A DNA stretch of 64,000 nucleotides from Octopus vulgaris (taxonomy: Eukaryota): positions 85,684,001 to 85,748,000 of the forward strand of contig OX597822.1 of the NCBI GenBank assembly GCA_951406725.2. The letters run 5' to 3'. The notes below the pieces were generated by a model that saw only the letters and a list, made by a program, of their open reading frames with translations, had not been told where the DNA came from and made no database searches. Shown piece by piece: positions 1-12,101 of this stretch (position 1 is the stretch's first letter; the number at the start of each line of letters is the position of its first letter). The position numbers and the translations under genes are program-made.

Positions 1-67
1 GTTACCTGAGCACTTCCATCTGCAGTCCTATTTTTATTTTTCGGTTTAGCAAAATTGTAAAATTATC

Positions 68-112
<45 letters not shown>

Positions 113-729
113 CCACACACTCATATATATATATATATATATATATATACAGGAAATTAATTATTTGGCCAGTCATAGAGTGACTAATTGTTTTGCATCC
201 ATAAAAAGCCTTATAGACAATTCCTTTTGTTGAATAACCAAGGTTGTAAAGTTCCATATTATCCAAGAGATGGTGGCTTTTGTGATCATGTAGATGCACA
301 TAGTGGCAGTGCAGCTATCGGACACAAACCATGTGGTGGCCTTTGTAAGACACTCTGTGTCCAGGTCACATGGTGGATTGTCAGTGGATCATGTATCCGA
401 CAAAGATATATGGTCCACTGACAATATATATATATATATACACACACACACCCTCTTATTTATAACTGAAATATTTACATAGTTTGGTAGATGGTAACTG
501 TACTGAAGCTCATCTGATGTGTGTGTGTCAGTGTTTGAGTCTGTTTACACCAAATTATTTGTCTATTGAATAAAGTTAATCCATAGATATTAAATAATAT
601 CAACAGAAAAAAAAAATAAAGACAATCAGCAAAATATCAATTTAATTTTATATCAAATTCTGTTGATAATATAATGAGTTTTTCTAGAAATGTCCAACAT
701 TTAATTTTTTTCTCTTTTTACCATTTCAG

Positions 730-930
730 CTGGATTGTATAGTATACACGGCCACCTCACCATCTCTGATAACTTCTCTCTCTCATCAGAGAATCTAATT
801 GCTAAAGTCAGTGAAGCAGGACTTTATCAAGAATCTGATGGACCATTTAATTTTGCAAAAGTATTTACACCTGATAATGCACCTGCAATTGATGCAGAAA
901 TTTCTAAAGCAGAGGAGCTGATCGTTGTAG
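730..930 (+). CDS. Secernin-family gene (SCRN2/SCRN3-like), penultimate coding exon; upstream exons not found in window
   Basis: Acceptor ttttttccatttcag-type polypyrimidine tract ends at 729; donor G|gtaaga after 930; phase 1-1. Translation GLYSIHGHLTISDNFSLSSENLIAKVSEAGLYQESDGPFNFAKVFT resembles the secernin segment ending F(N/D)FS(E/K)VFS and splices in frame to 4081. Confidence 0.85.
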
Positions 931-1018
931 GTAAGAAACTAATATTTATTTATTTATTAAATGGATGGTATTCTTCACAATTTCTACCTATTTCATATTT
1001 CCTACAAGATTCTATAAG

Positions 1019-1800
1019 TATTAGGGGTACCGGAAAGTAATGTCATATTTTCAAGTAAACAGTCTGACATCATAACACAAATAGTTTACAAGCCAATCAA
1101 AGGTGTCCTAGTAATCAACCAATCAGCATAGAGTTTATAACCAAATGTCAATGTAGACACATGCTGTGTGTGTGTGTGTATGTTTTATATGAAACAAGCC
1201 ATGGAAGACAAAAACTGGTTCGTTGCATATTTGGTATTGCATGCTTTAAGGATTTCCTAAGGATAACAATGCAACGCATGCCAGGAAAAACATATGTTCC
1301 ATATATAACCTGACGGTGTGAGTTTTCAGAAATGCCAAAGGTGGTTTAATATATTTAAAAGAGAAAAAAAAACAGCGATTTTGATTTTTTGGATGAATAT
1401 CAATCAAGGAGATCAACTGTTCTCAATAATGACACATGAAAAGCAGCAATTGAAGAGGATCCAGGTCAAAGCATCGGGGAATTATTCCAGGGGTTTAATA
1501 GGTCTTGGTCCACTGTGCAAGATCATCTCAAGCAGATTTGAAAAAGTTTTTAGAGAACAGAAGTGGGTACCTCAGGGGCTGTCCCCTGAGAATGTAGCAG
1601 TGTGTTCAACAAGATAACCCAAGCTCTACCTCACCCCTCTCCAAACTTAGCACCATTAGGTTTTTACTTATTTCTGTCATTTAAATACTTTACCAGTAAA
1701 AAAAAAAAAAAGATATTCAGAAGCCAGGATGATATCGAAATGGCACTTCATATATTTGTCTCCCCTAAAGAATTTCTTCACTGTGAGAAATTCAATCACT
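1019..1800 (+). mobile_element. Decayed mariner DNA transposon
   Basis: Starts TA-ttaggggtaccggaaagtaatg (TIR-like). Frameshifted fragments VSFQKCQRWFNIFK (HTH region) and LPHPSPNLAPLGFYLFLSFK (resembles YSPDLAPSDY.LF). Confidence 0.75.
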
Positions 1801-3023
1801 GATAACTTGTCTGTGATGTGTGAAAATGTTATCACTAACAAATAATAGCAACAGAGGCAGTATTAAGACCAAAAGGTGGAATTTATCTCCCACTTAATAC
1901 GGTCTCCACTTCAGGGGACTGCACCAAACTCTGCTGTCTGCGTTAGCATTGGTTCCTACACCTGAATGCCCTTCCGAAATTCCAAACACTTTACAGAGTG
2001 AGTGCTTTGGGTGCATTTTTACATGGCACCAGCAGCAATGAGGTCACAAGACCCCCCTCAACTGAGTGGGAGGGGGTGTAGTGTTGAAGTGGGTGGCTTC
2101 ATTCCAGGTGATGGGATGTTAGCATATGAATAGAGGGGAGGGAAATGGGTGTCTTGTATTAAGAGAGATACATGGCTCCCTCAGTGGGAGAGAAGAGGTG
2201 CAAGAAGATGGGAGAAAATGTGATGGGGTTTCTACAGTAAAGTTACAAGGAGCCAAGTGGAACAAAGGATTGGTTAGGGTGAATGGTAGGTGAAGGGAAG
2301 GGGTTGTAAGGAGTGGACAGGAATAGAGGGAGGAAAGGACTGGTTGGAAGATATGTTGTAGGGAAGAAATACCACTTGCTTGAGTTGCACTTTGTTCTTA
2401 GCTTCCTAAGCAAATTTTATTTACAAACAAAACCTTTTCTGATTTCACTGATGTGCATGTTTCTTTGTGGATTAATGTATATAAATGGTTTTTCAATAAC
2501 CTCCACCACTTGGCCGTTTCCTGCCTGCATTTATTTGTTTTTCTCTTTGCTCCATTTTTACAAATAATGGAGCAAATATTTTTACAATGAACATCATTAA
2601 TTTCTCTCAAGAAATTTAACTGAAACAGTGAAAATTTACCAAATCTAATCCTTCCTGAATCTCAAGGACTCACAGAGCTGCTCTTTATTTCTAGTTTATC
2701 ACAATTTTGATTGTAGTTCTTCAACAGTCTTTCCTGGTCATCATTTTTGCATTGTTGCCAATGTTTGGTAATGATAAGTACCACTGTGAGGAGAAATTCA
2801 ATCACTGAAAATTATGTCTTGTAACACAACATAATGCTGGTCAATGTCAGACTTTAATTGCATTTAATGAATTTGTGTAAATCATGATTTTATGTTCAAA
2901 CAAGGACTTCAACTTCTGCTTTTTATATTTCCACAATTGAGAGTCATTAAATATCAGTAATATACTATGTTTGCTTAATTACATTAATTCTGAATCTATA
3001 TAAGACATCAAATAGTTTTAATT

Positions 3024-3998
3024 TTACATTATTTACATTTGACAGATATTTGTCCTCATCTTGTTTGTTGTTAACACAACGTTTCAGCTCATATACCTTC
3101 CAGCCTTCATCAGGTGTCTTGGGGTAATTTCGAACCTGGGTTCTCATTCCTAAGGTATTTTTTGATATTATGAATCTTGGGGTTAGTAACCTGTGCTCTT
3201 AACCACTACGCCATATGCCCATGGGCAATTATGGAGTGCATTTTTTAGGGCTTATAAATGTAATATTCTCCTATCCTTCTGCCTTGGTCTGCTTAGGAGG
3301 TTGTTGTGTCCTAGCATATGTGCTGCTTCTTTTAGTTTTCGTATTTTCCAGTGGTGGTCTCTGTCTATTATTTTAACTTCATCCCATAGTGGGAGGTGGT
3401 CTCCATTTTTCCATACATGATCAGCTATACCCGATTTATTAATATCTCCTCGTGTCACAGCTTTGCGATGTTCCTCTACCCTTATTTTGAGGGAGCGACA
3501 TTTTCACTTTTGTAGGCAAAGGCGAAACATGCTGCCCCCTCAAAATAAAGGTAGAGGAACATTTCAAAGCTGTGATAAATCAGGTATAGCTGATTATGTG
3601 TGGAAAAATGAAGACCTCCTCCTCCTGTGGGATGAAGTTAAAATAATAGACAGAGAACACCACTGGAAAATACGAAAACTAAAAGAAGCAGCACATATGC
3701 TAGGATACGACAACCTCCTAAGCAGACCGAGTGCAGATAAGAGCAGCATATAGGAACCAGTATTAAGGAAGGATAGGAAAAGAGTTCAATTCCAGGCAGT
3801 GACCTGAATAATAATAATAATAATATCAAAAAATACCTTAGGAATGAGAACCCAGGTTCTAAATTACCCCCAAAACACCTGATGAAGGCTGGAGGCAATA
3901 TAAGCCGAAACATTGTGTTAACAACAAACAAGATGAGGACAAATATCCGTCAAATGTAAATAATGTACATAATTCCTCATTTCTTAAATATAGAACTG
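3024..3998. mobile_element. Penelope-like element 3' ends (GIY-YIG C-terminus + tRNA-like segment + hammerhead) as an inverted head-to-head pair
   Basis: Both arms encode KSGIAD(H/Y)VWKN...LWDEVKIIDR(D/E)HHWKIRKLKEAAHMLG..NLLSRP, typical of a Penelope endonuclease tail. Flanked by tagttttaatt (3013-3023) and tagctttaatt (3999-4009). Confidence 0.85.
3073..3118 (-). ncRNA. Minimal type I hammerhead ribozyme motif (best-preserved of six related copies)
   Basis: GACAC-CUGAUGA-A-GGCU(loop)AGCU-GAAA-CG-UU-GUGUU. Other copies: 3874-3919(+), 19769-19811(-), 20066-20111(+), 55366-55411(-), 55694-55739(+). Confidence 0.75.
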
Positions 3999-4080
3999 TA
4001 GCTTTAATTAAGCTTTTTTTTGCTTTTTTTTTTTTTTTTTTTGTAATAAAAAAATCTTTCAATTTATTTTCTCCTTTCAG

Positions 4081-4598
4081 AACCCTTAAATCCTCGAAAT
4101 TCTTTCAAACATCTTCGAAAAGATGCCATAGGCATCAATATATCAAGAGACCAATTTGTCACGGCCAGCAGCCAGATATCTCTGCTTTGTCCACAAGAAG
4201 GGGCCAGTAGTTTCAGTGGCTCTTGCCACTGGTTTACTGCCACACCAAATCCAAAGACAAGTATTTTCAAACCATTTATATTTTCTTCTGAAAGCCAGGA
4301 AGTGGATCTCCCCAGTATATCTCCGTCTTATGGGGACGATGATCCTGCCCATCAGAAACCCCGTTTCCAGAAAGAAGTTGATCGTAAACACAAACTTTAT
4401 AAAAGTCACATGAAATTGAAATCTTTGCTTGCAAGTGGGGGGCCACTGGCACAGCAAAAGACTGACATGCTTCAAATGTTAGAAGAAACATGCCTTCAAG
4501 ACATGGAGGACACATTGAACCAATTCCATGCTTTAAACCCCAAAAAACTTGCAAGTGCTTTCTCTCATGTTGCACAGCTTGAAATGAATTTCCTTTAG
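4081..4598 (+). CDS. Secernin-family gene, last coding exon
   Basis: Acceptor tttctcctttcag ends at 4080. Translation EPLNPRNSFKHLRKDAIGINISRDQFVTASSQISLL...CHWFTATPNPKTSIFKPFIF...DDPAHQKPRFQKEVDRKHKLYKSH...LEMNFL* carries the secernin C-terminal motifs HxFTxTPxPxxSxFKPFIF and PRFQxxxDRxHxLY. Paralog not resolvable. Confidence 0.9.
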
Positions 4599-5792
4599 AA
4601 AAAAAAAATTTTTAAATGAAGAAAAAAAAAAAATGGTAATGCTGTCTGTCGATGTAATTGCTGATAATGGACCAAATAATAGAATTAAAATGTTAACTTG
4701 TTAAAAATCATGTGACAGTCTTTGATGATGGAGCTATGGAATGCTTTCCTAAAATATTTTAGCATCTCTACCTGTTTTTAGTGGCTGTGAATTAAACTAG
4801 GAAAGATATTTGAAACAGTTTGGCTTTTTTGAAAAATGTATTTGAACATATGAAAGTGATAGTAATAATCAGTGGCTATGTGTGTGTGTGTGTGTGTGTG
4901 TTTAAATCTGGATGTGTGTGTTTATGTATAAACACACACATGCACCGACGATCTCGAGGCCTGCCCCAAGCTTTAGTGTCTACTTTGGTAATGGAGGCTC
5001 TTCTTTAGAGAAACATTTCAGAGGATTGGACAGGATGAATGGGTAGGAAAGTTCAGAGAGGTTGAGGGGAGTATGGTGAAGATGGGTGACCAATGGTGAA
5101 TATCAGTTGGTGGGGGTGGGAGCAAGAAGGTAGAGGCAATATTCAGTAATGATAAATAAAGATAAATCACCAATGCAAACTTATCAACAATATTGCCTGA
5201 GAATATTTTGTGTTTTTTAATATAACTTTTAGACATGTAAATTATTTTTTCATCTTCAGCAATATCCACCACTTTACTCCTGCAGATGAACTGTCCCTCA
5301 ACACCTCCCTCCCACCACATCTTCATCTCTTTCCCTCTTCTGTGACCAGCATTTCAAGAACTGTTTCATTCACTGACAACATTTCCTGCTTCAGAACACC
5401 AATGGTCTGCAGCTCTTCTAAGAAAGCTTTATTGAAAAATAAAATATTTAGTAATATACAAGTTGTCAGCTTAAACGGTCAATGCCCAGCCGTAAGAATG
5501 CTTTCTCCAGAATTATCCTCATGTTCAAATTTGTAAGTAGCACCCAAGCGTTGCCAGAGATGAAATAACTACCAAAAATGGTGAAAGAACAACAAAATAT
5601 TCTGCCAGCATCCACTAAAGATTGCTGTGTCCAAATCCATGAACAACATGAATCCTTGGATGAAGGTAACATGATGCGATGCTGTATTTTTAAGCCTAAA
5701 AATTAGGGGTGCACATTATACATGAGAAATAAATGTTACCCCATTTTGCTGCAGCCATATTTGAGACAGTGTAGGTTATATCAATTGTTTAA

Positions 5793-5997
5793 ACCTTTGG
5801 CATTTAAACTGGCCATATCCAGCCAAAATATTCTTGTTTATGTTCATACTGACCAGGTCTGATTTCTCAGACCAACCTTACAATATCATCTGAAAATAAT
5901 TAAGTTTCCTCATCAAAATTTCACAGCTATGAGATGATGAATGATAATTGAAAACAATGTGAATGAGTAAGGATTTCATAATGTGAATGCTAAAAGG
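5793..5997. mobile_element. piggyBac-like MITE (diverged, opposite orientation to 23095-23315)
   Basis: Ends acctttggcattt...aatgctaaaagg; internal similarity to the reverse complement of 23095-23315. Confidence 0.55.
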
Positions 5998-8900
5998 TTG
6001 AGCTAAATGACTCATAATGAAGAGTTTTAAATCTTCATCATTGTTTAATGTCCTCCTTCCATACTGGCATGGGTTGGACAGTTTGACAGGAGCCTGCACC
6101 AGACTACTGTCTGTTTTGGCAGGATTTTTACATCTGGATGCCCTTCCTAACACCAACCACCCAACAGCAGACTTAGTGCTTTTTACATGACACAAGTATA
6201 GGTGAGGTCAGTTTTGGCAAGGTTTTTACAGCTGGATGCCAACCACTTTACAGTGTGGACTGGATGCTTTATACGTGGCACCAGCAATGACAGGGTCACC
6301 AAGTGACTTGAGAGACAAAAATCTTTTGAGAGGGGAGGTGGACATTGGAGGAGGTGATCTTGTATCACATGATGAAAGGTTATAATGAGACAGAAACAGG
6401 TGTCTTGCTGTAGAAGAGGTACATGGTTACCCAGCCGGAGAAAGGGGGAGGGATAAGAGAGAGAGAGATTAGGAATGAAGATGGAAACAGGTGTGCTGCC
6501 ACAAAGGAAATACATGGTTACCCACTCTGAGGGAAGTGCAGGAGAAGGAGAGAGTGGGAGACAGCAGGAGAGAAAGTTTTGCACTTTTCTACGATAGCAA
6601 TAATTTGTAAGTTTGTTGCTAAGCTTGTATCAATCAAAATTTGTTTACTATTTTAACTGATTCAAAACAATGTTAAGGGAAAGGTACACACACTTCTATT
6701 AGTTCCCTTCTTTGAAACCAATTCCCAAGGCATTGGTCAAAATGGGCTACAATAGAAGACACCCAAGTGTGGCATGCAATGGAGTTCAGAGAGGTTGAGG
6801 GGAATATGGTGAAGATGGGTGACCAATGGTGAATATCAGTTGGTGGGGGTGGGAGCAAGAAGGTAGAGGTAATATTCAGTATTCATGTGGTTGTGAAGCA
6901 AACTTCTTAACCACCAACCCACGAGATAGACAGAAGGTGATTTGGCTTAGGCGTAGGGATATTAATAACCAGTTGTTAGAACTCAACATGCCACAGAATA
7001 AAGCATTAAGTGACTACAGAGCATAATATGACATTAGTTAAATGAGAATTGCATTATCAAATTCATTAGCTTACAGTTGTTTCTGCTTTGAGATGCATTG
7101 TGCTCAGAGCCGAATGCTTGTGCAACATCTTATAGTATCTTTGGAACCATTAAAACAAAGTCTGTTTTTCAGTTTTCTTGTGGGGGAGTTCAAAAGAAAA
7201 AATTTGCAAAAACGTTTCACAAGGGATAACCTGGAAGTCAAGAAGAATACAAGTTTTGCATTATGGAGGGTTTTTTTTTCATTACAACAAAGCTTTCAGA
7301 GATGCAATCCTTCCATAATTGAGAGGATGATTATATGTATATGCATATAAAAATGTTAAAACAAATAACATACATCAAATACAGGTATGCAGAGTTGTAA
7401 AACAAAACAAAGAAAAACAAGATGAAGTCATTTGTTTAGGCATTTTTAATACATTTTAATGGGAAAAAAAAAGGTATCAAACAAAAAGAAAAAAAAATGA
7501 CATACCCCTCCATGAATAAAAGAAAATATATTTCAATGAAAAAAAAAAAATGTCTATTTCTTTCTCAAACAAAATTACAGTTTATCAAAAACAAGTAAAA
7601 ATCAAGAAAACTTTATATATTATTATTATTAAAAATATTAATAATGATAATATTTTAGCTGTATCCCCCTTCACCCAAATTTTAACAATTTTGCTCTGTT
7701 AGATACATATTCAAGGATATAAATTGCTACTGTATAGAAGTGTGTGTGTGTGCACAAGAGAGTGAGAGAGAGAGGTGTGATATTATGGTGAGGTGGCACG
7801 GTGGTCCCCCTCCAATATTAAATGAAGCGTTTCATTACCTCAAGTCAAACTTCAGAGTAAAATCCTCACCATTTTTTACTGCCATCTTCAGGATTAGATG
7901 TTCGGAAATGAAAAGGGCTGAATTAAAGCTTACCATACATTATATATATATAATGTATGTATTATATATATAGAGAGAGAGTGAGAGAGAATGAAATGAA
8001 AATCAGAGTTAAAATTTCAAAGCTCAGTACCGAGGGTATCCAATAACAATGATAATGATACTAATAATGACTTGTACCAAAGGTAGAAGGCATAACAATG
8101 ACACTAATAACAGTTTCTTTTCACAAGGCCAATACTTGTAGAGAAGATGGGTGAGGTGCCTGAATGAATGCCATTGAGTTACAAGACATGATGTTACATT
8201 GTTGCAGTCTAGAAACATGGTCACTCTTCGCTTCCCAGAGGAACACCAAATTCATACTGATGGATTTGAACTTGAAATGTAAAGCTGATAAAACAAAATT
8301 TCTAAAGTAAGGTACCATACACCTGCAAGAGGTGTGACAGACAATTCTTCAAACTGCCTATCATTTTGAGATTGATGTTTAATTCTCTTGAAAATGTCAC
8401 ATCCAATGTGACATTCTGACCACTCTCACAAAATACTGGGACTCTCAAAATCACTTCAATAAAAGCGAAAACAGCTAGTGTTGGAAGTAATTCTGAATGT
8501 TTTAGGATCAGATCTTGGGGGTGGGAGTTCCCAGAATGATTTTGAGATCTCTAAGAATTGTAAGCCTCAAGGAAAGACTGATAACCATTAAAGTACTTAG
8601 TCTACTATTCCCAAGAGTTTATCCAGACCCTGCAATAATAATAATAACCCTTTCTACTATAGGCACAAAGCCTAATATTTTGGCAGAGGGGAGGGACTAG
8701 TCGATTACATCAATCCCAATACTCGATTGTTACCTAGTTTATCAACCCCAAGAGGATGAAAGACAAAGTCAACCTCGGCGGAAGTTGCACTCAGAACATG
8801 AAGACAGACGAAATACTGCTAAGCATTTCGTCCAGCATGCTAATGTGTCTGCCAGTTCACCACTTTAATAATAATGGTTTCTATTTAAGCAAAAAGGCCA

Positions 8901-9829
8901 GCAATTTTGAGAGAGTTAGTTGATTCCATGAACCCCAGTACATGACTGCTACTTTATTTTATCACTCCTAAATGAAAGACAAAACTGATCCCACAAGGCA
9001 TTTCTACATTAGTTAAAACTAATTGCTTCCTTCCACCCGCTCCTTTCCATTTATGACCAACCAACAGCAATTGCTGTTAGAAATACTTAAATTTGTAGAT
9101 TTGTTCCTTCATCCTAAGAAGCATTGAGTTATCAGGTCAATGTTAGAAGATCATTAAGGTTGTTTTAGTGTGTTTGCCACACTAGCTAGACATAGCAGCT
9201 AAATCATACTCTACCATCTTAGAAAAGAACAAGTTAGAAAACAGTGTCCAGAGTGCCCTGCACGTAGAGAAAAAGGCATGATGGTTATGGCTGGAATGTC
9301 TTGGATAATAGGTCTGCTCAATCAGAACTAAACAATAACAGCTAGAGTTAAAAAAGGGGAAAAAACACATTTGGAAACACTGTATCGATGATGATGACAA
9401 TGCTAATTACCCCACCACACACACACACACACACAAGGGACTGAAATCCTCAACAAAGATAGGGAGAATAGAGTCAATTCAACATAGCTGAATACATATC
9501 TGATATTTATTTTATAAATCTCAAGTATGGAAGCAAAAATCCAGACAATATTTTAAACAAGACAGAACTTGGATCTCCAGTCTTCATTTGCTCCAACACC
9601 TGCAGCAGAGTATTTTCTGTAGATCTAGATTTGGCCTGCCAAAAGCTGACACTCTACATCAGACCCTTGCAGGACCATATCAGACATATTTGGCAATGGA
9701 GGACAGTTGTTAGATGGAGACGGACCGAATGTGGCAATTTTGACAAGGTAGTCTTCTCAATCTATTAAATAATAGCAGTGTGCCTGTTTTCTTCAGAACA
9801 AAACTAAACGATTCTTCAAGGAGTTAATA

Positions 9830-10140
9830 GACACAGCTCACAATCATGAGGTAGAGAGTTCAATTCCCAGACCAGACTGTGTGTTGTGTTCTTGAGCAAG
9901 ACACTCTATTTCACATTGTTCCAGTTCGCTCAGCTGTAAAAATGAGTTGCAACATCACTGGTGCCAAGCTGTATCTGTCTTTCTCTTAGATAAAATCAGT
10001 GGCATGGAGAGGAAGAGGAGGCTGGTAAGCATGGACAACTGTTGGTCTTCCATAAACAACCTTGCCCAGACTTATACCTCGGAGGGGAACCTTCTAGGTG
10101 CAAACCCATGGCCATTCATGACCAAAGGGAATCTTTACTT
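9830..10140 (+). mobile_element. tRNA-derived SINE with CORE-like centre
   Basis: gagttcaattccc B box, then gtgttcttgagcaagacact...ccagttcgctcagctgtaaaaatgag; related copy near 31567-31810. Confidence 0.55.
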
Positions 10141-11325
10141 TTTACTCTTAAAAGATTGAGCTGTGATATAACACACACACACTCCTTACTCAGCTGATGT
10201 TCTTATTGATAAACTATTAGATCAACAGACGAAATAATTTTCAGTCTCAGCTGGTTTCCTTAATCCAGAGGGAAATATCAGCTAAAAGAGTTAATACAGC
10301 CGGGATTGTTTCACCAGTCATATGCTGGGAGCCAAGATTAAATCTTTAGACTGTCATTGGTTATATTCACTTTGTTTGTAAACAGGATAAGTCATGAGAA
10401 CAACATTTAATTAATCAATTAACTAATTAAAATGAATACTTAATGAATAGTGTCTTTTTCTTAGCTTGCAAAGATGAATTGAATTCATCTTAAGAGAAAT
10501 CAATCCAGAGTGCCATCTATGAGAGATCCTGAAATTAATAACTTGATGGTTACGTAACATGTTGCATGGTAGAGAGGAATAGAAAAGGACATGTAACCTG
10601 CATCCCCATATTAGGGGAGAACAACACAATCACCGCCATGGCATAATGTTATAATAACTGATGAGACTCTTGAATAAACCAACATATCTACATGGAATTA
10701 TATAACACTACGGAAACAGAAAGTTACCGCAATTTAACTAAGGAAGTTGGTGGGGGTCAGTTTATTTATTCCAATGTCAATATGCTGCAGTTGGTTCGCA
10801 TCAGGGATACACTTGAAATCTATCCATTGAAAAGCTGGAGATCTGTGAGCATGGAATGGCACAGTCACGTCAGTAAAAAGTGTCAGTTGGTTCATTAAAC
10901 TGTGGTGGTGAGCTTCAATCCACTGATAGACTGGCATTCTATCCATGGGAGCAAGACACCACCACTTGTCTCAGAACACCAAACAGTACACTGTAAAACT
11001 TGATATGGAGAATGAATGGAAAGAAAATCAGACAAAACAAAAAAACATGTATTTGTTATCATAGCCATCATCATCATCATCATTGTCAGTTTGTGATATC
11101 CCAGTAGCACCTTCACTGCATCCTCATCAAATCAGTTGATGGAGACAAACAGTAGACTGATGGATTAAATAACTTTTGGTATTCAGTTCCATCTCTCACC
11201 ATTCTAAATTCAAATCTAATCAGGTTCAACTAGATTTTCATACTTGCAAGGTCATCAGATATACAGGTTCCTTTCATCAATCATATCCTTTCCTCTAAAT
11301 TAGTGACCAGGTGCCTGTAGCAGAC

Positions 11326-11455
11326 ATTATTATTATTATTACTATTATTATCGTTATTACTATTATTATTACTATTGTTTTTATTATTATTATTACTATT
11401 ATTTTTATTATTATCATTATTATTATTATTACTATTATTATTATTATTATTATTA
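11326..11455. repeat. (ATT)n microsatellite
   Basis: Imperfect trinucleotide run. Confidence 0.95.
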
Positions 11456-12066
11456 TGCTGCTATGTTTTGGTTTTGCTTTAATTTATAGGAGTTGCACCC
11501 AGATCTCAACCACAGACATCAAGGGACAACAAGGTTTTGCATCCAAAGATGATAATAGGTGAGGGGCCATGCAATTGAAAACACTGATGTCTGTGGGAGA
11601 AAAATCACAGAATGAGTAAGGTCGCATTTAGATGAAGAAGATTTTAGATATTATTATTATCATTATTATTGGAGGAAGGATGTGAATGAACAGAATTACT
11701 AGAAAGTTGGAAAAAACTGCTTTGCAGAACTTCTTTACATTCTTTATATCCTGAGCTCAAGTCCTACCAAGGTCGGCTTTGCTTTTCATCTTTTCAGAGT
11801 CAATAAGATAAAGTACCAATCTAACACTGGAGTCAATGATAGTGACTAAACCCCTCTCCTCAAATTTGCTGCTGACCTTGTGCTTAAATTAGAAACCATT
11901 ATAATAATCATCATCATCATCATTATTATTATTATTATTATATCCAAACTCTGTGTTGTAGTGTGTGCACCCTGTAACAATCCACATTGAATACTAAACT
12001 GTTATTGATCTAATTACAGAGAGCTTATGGCGTGCATGCGTGCGTGTCTGTGTGGAGAGACAACAA

Positions 12067-12101
12067 CCCTGACATTTCAAACAAAGGCCTTCATCAGAGA
12101 G
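12067..12101 (-). ncRNA. Degenerate minimal hammerhead relic, third family
   Basis: CUCU-CUGAUGA-AGGCCUUUGUUU-GAAA-UG-UC-AGGG; helix I pairs 4/4 with one GU. Confidence 0.4.

Noticed and set aside
188-482. ORFs as an upstream secernin exon
   Set aside because: No secernin motif in the translated frames and no compatible splice sites; flanked by microsatellites.
5520-5735. pogo/Tigger-like end (ggggtgcacattatacatgag)
   Set aside because: Only one degenerate TIR-like end and no convincing transposase motif.
10650-10720. CTGATGAG...GAAAC
   Set aside because: No convincing helix I or II and the spacing is too long.
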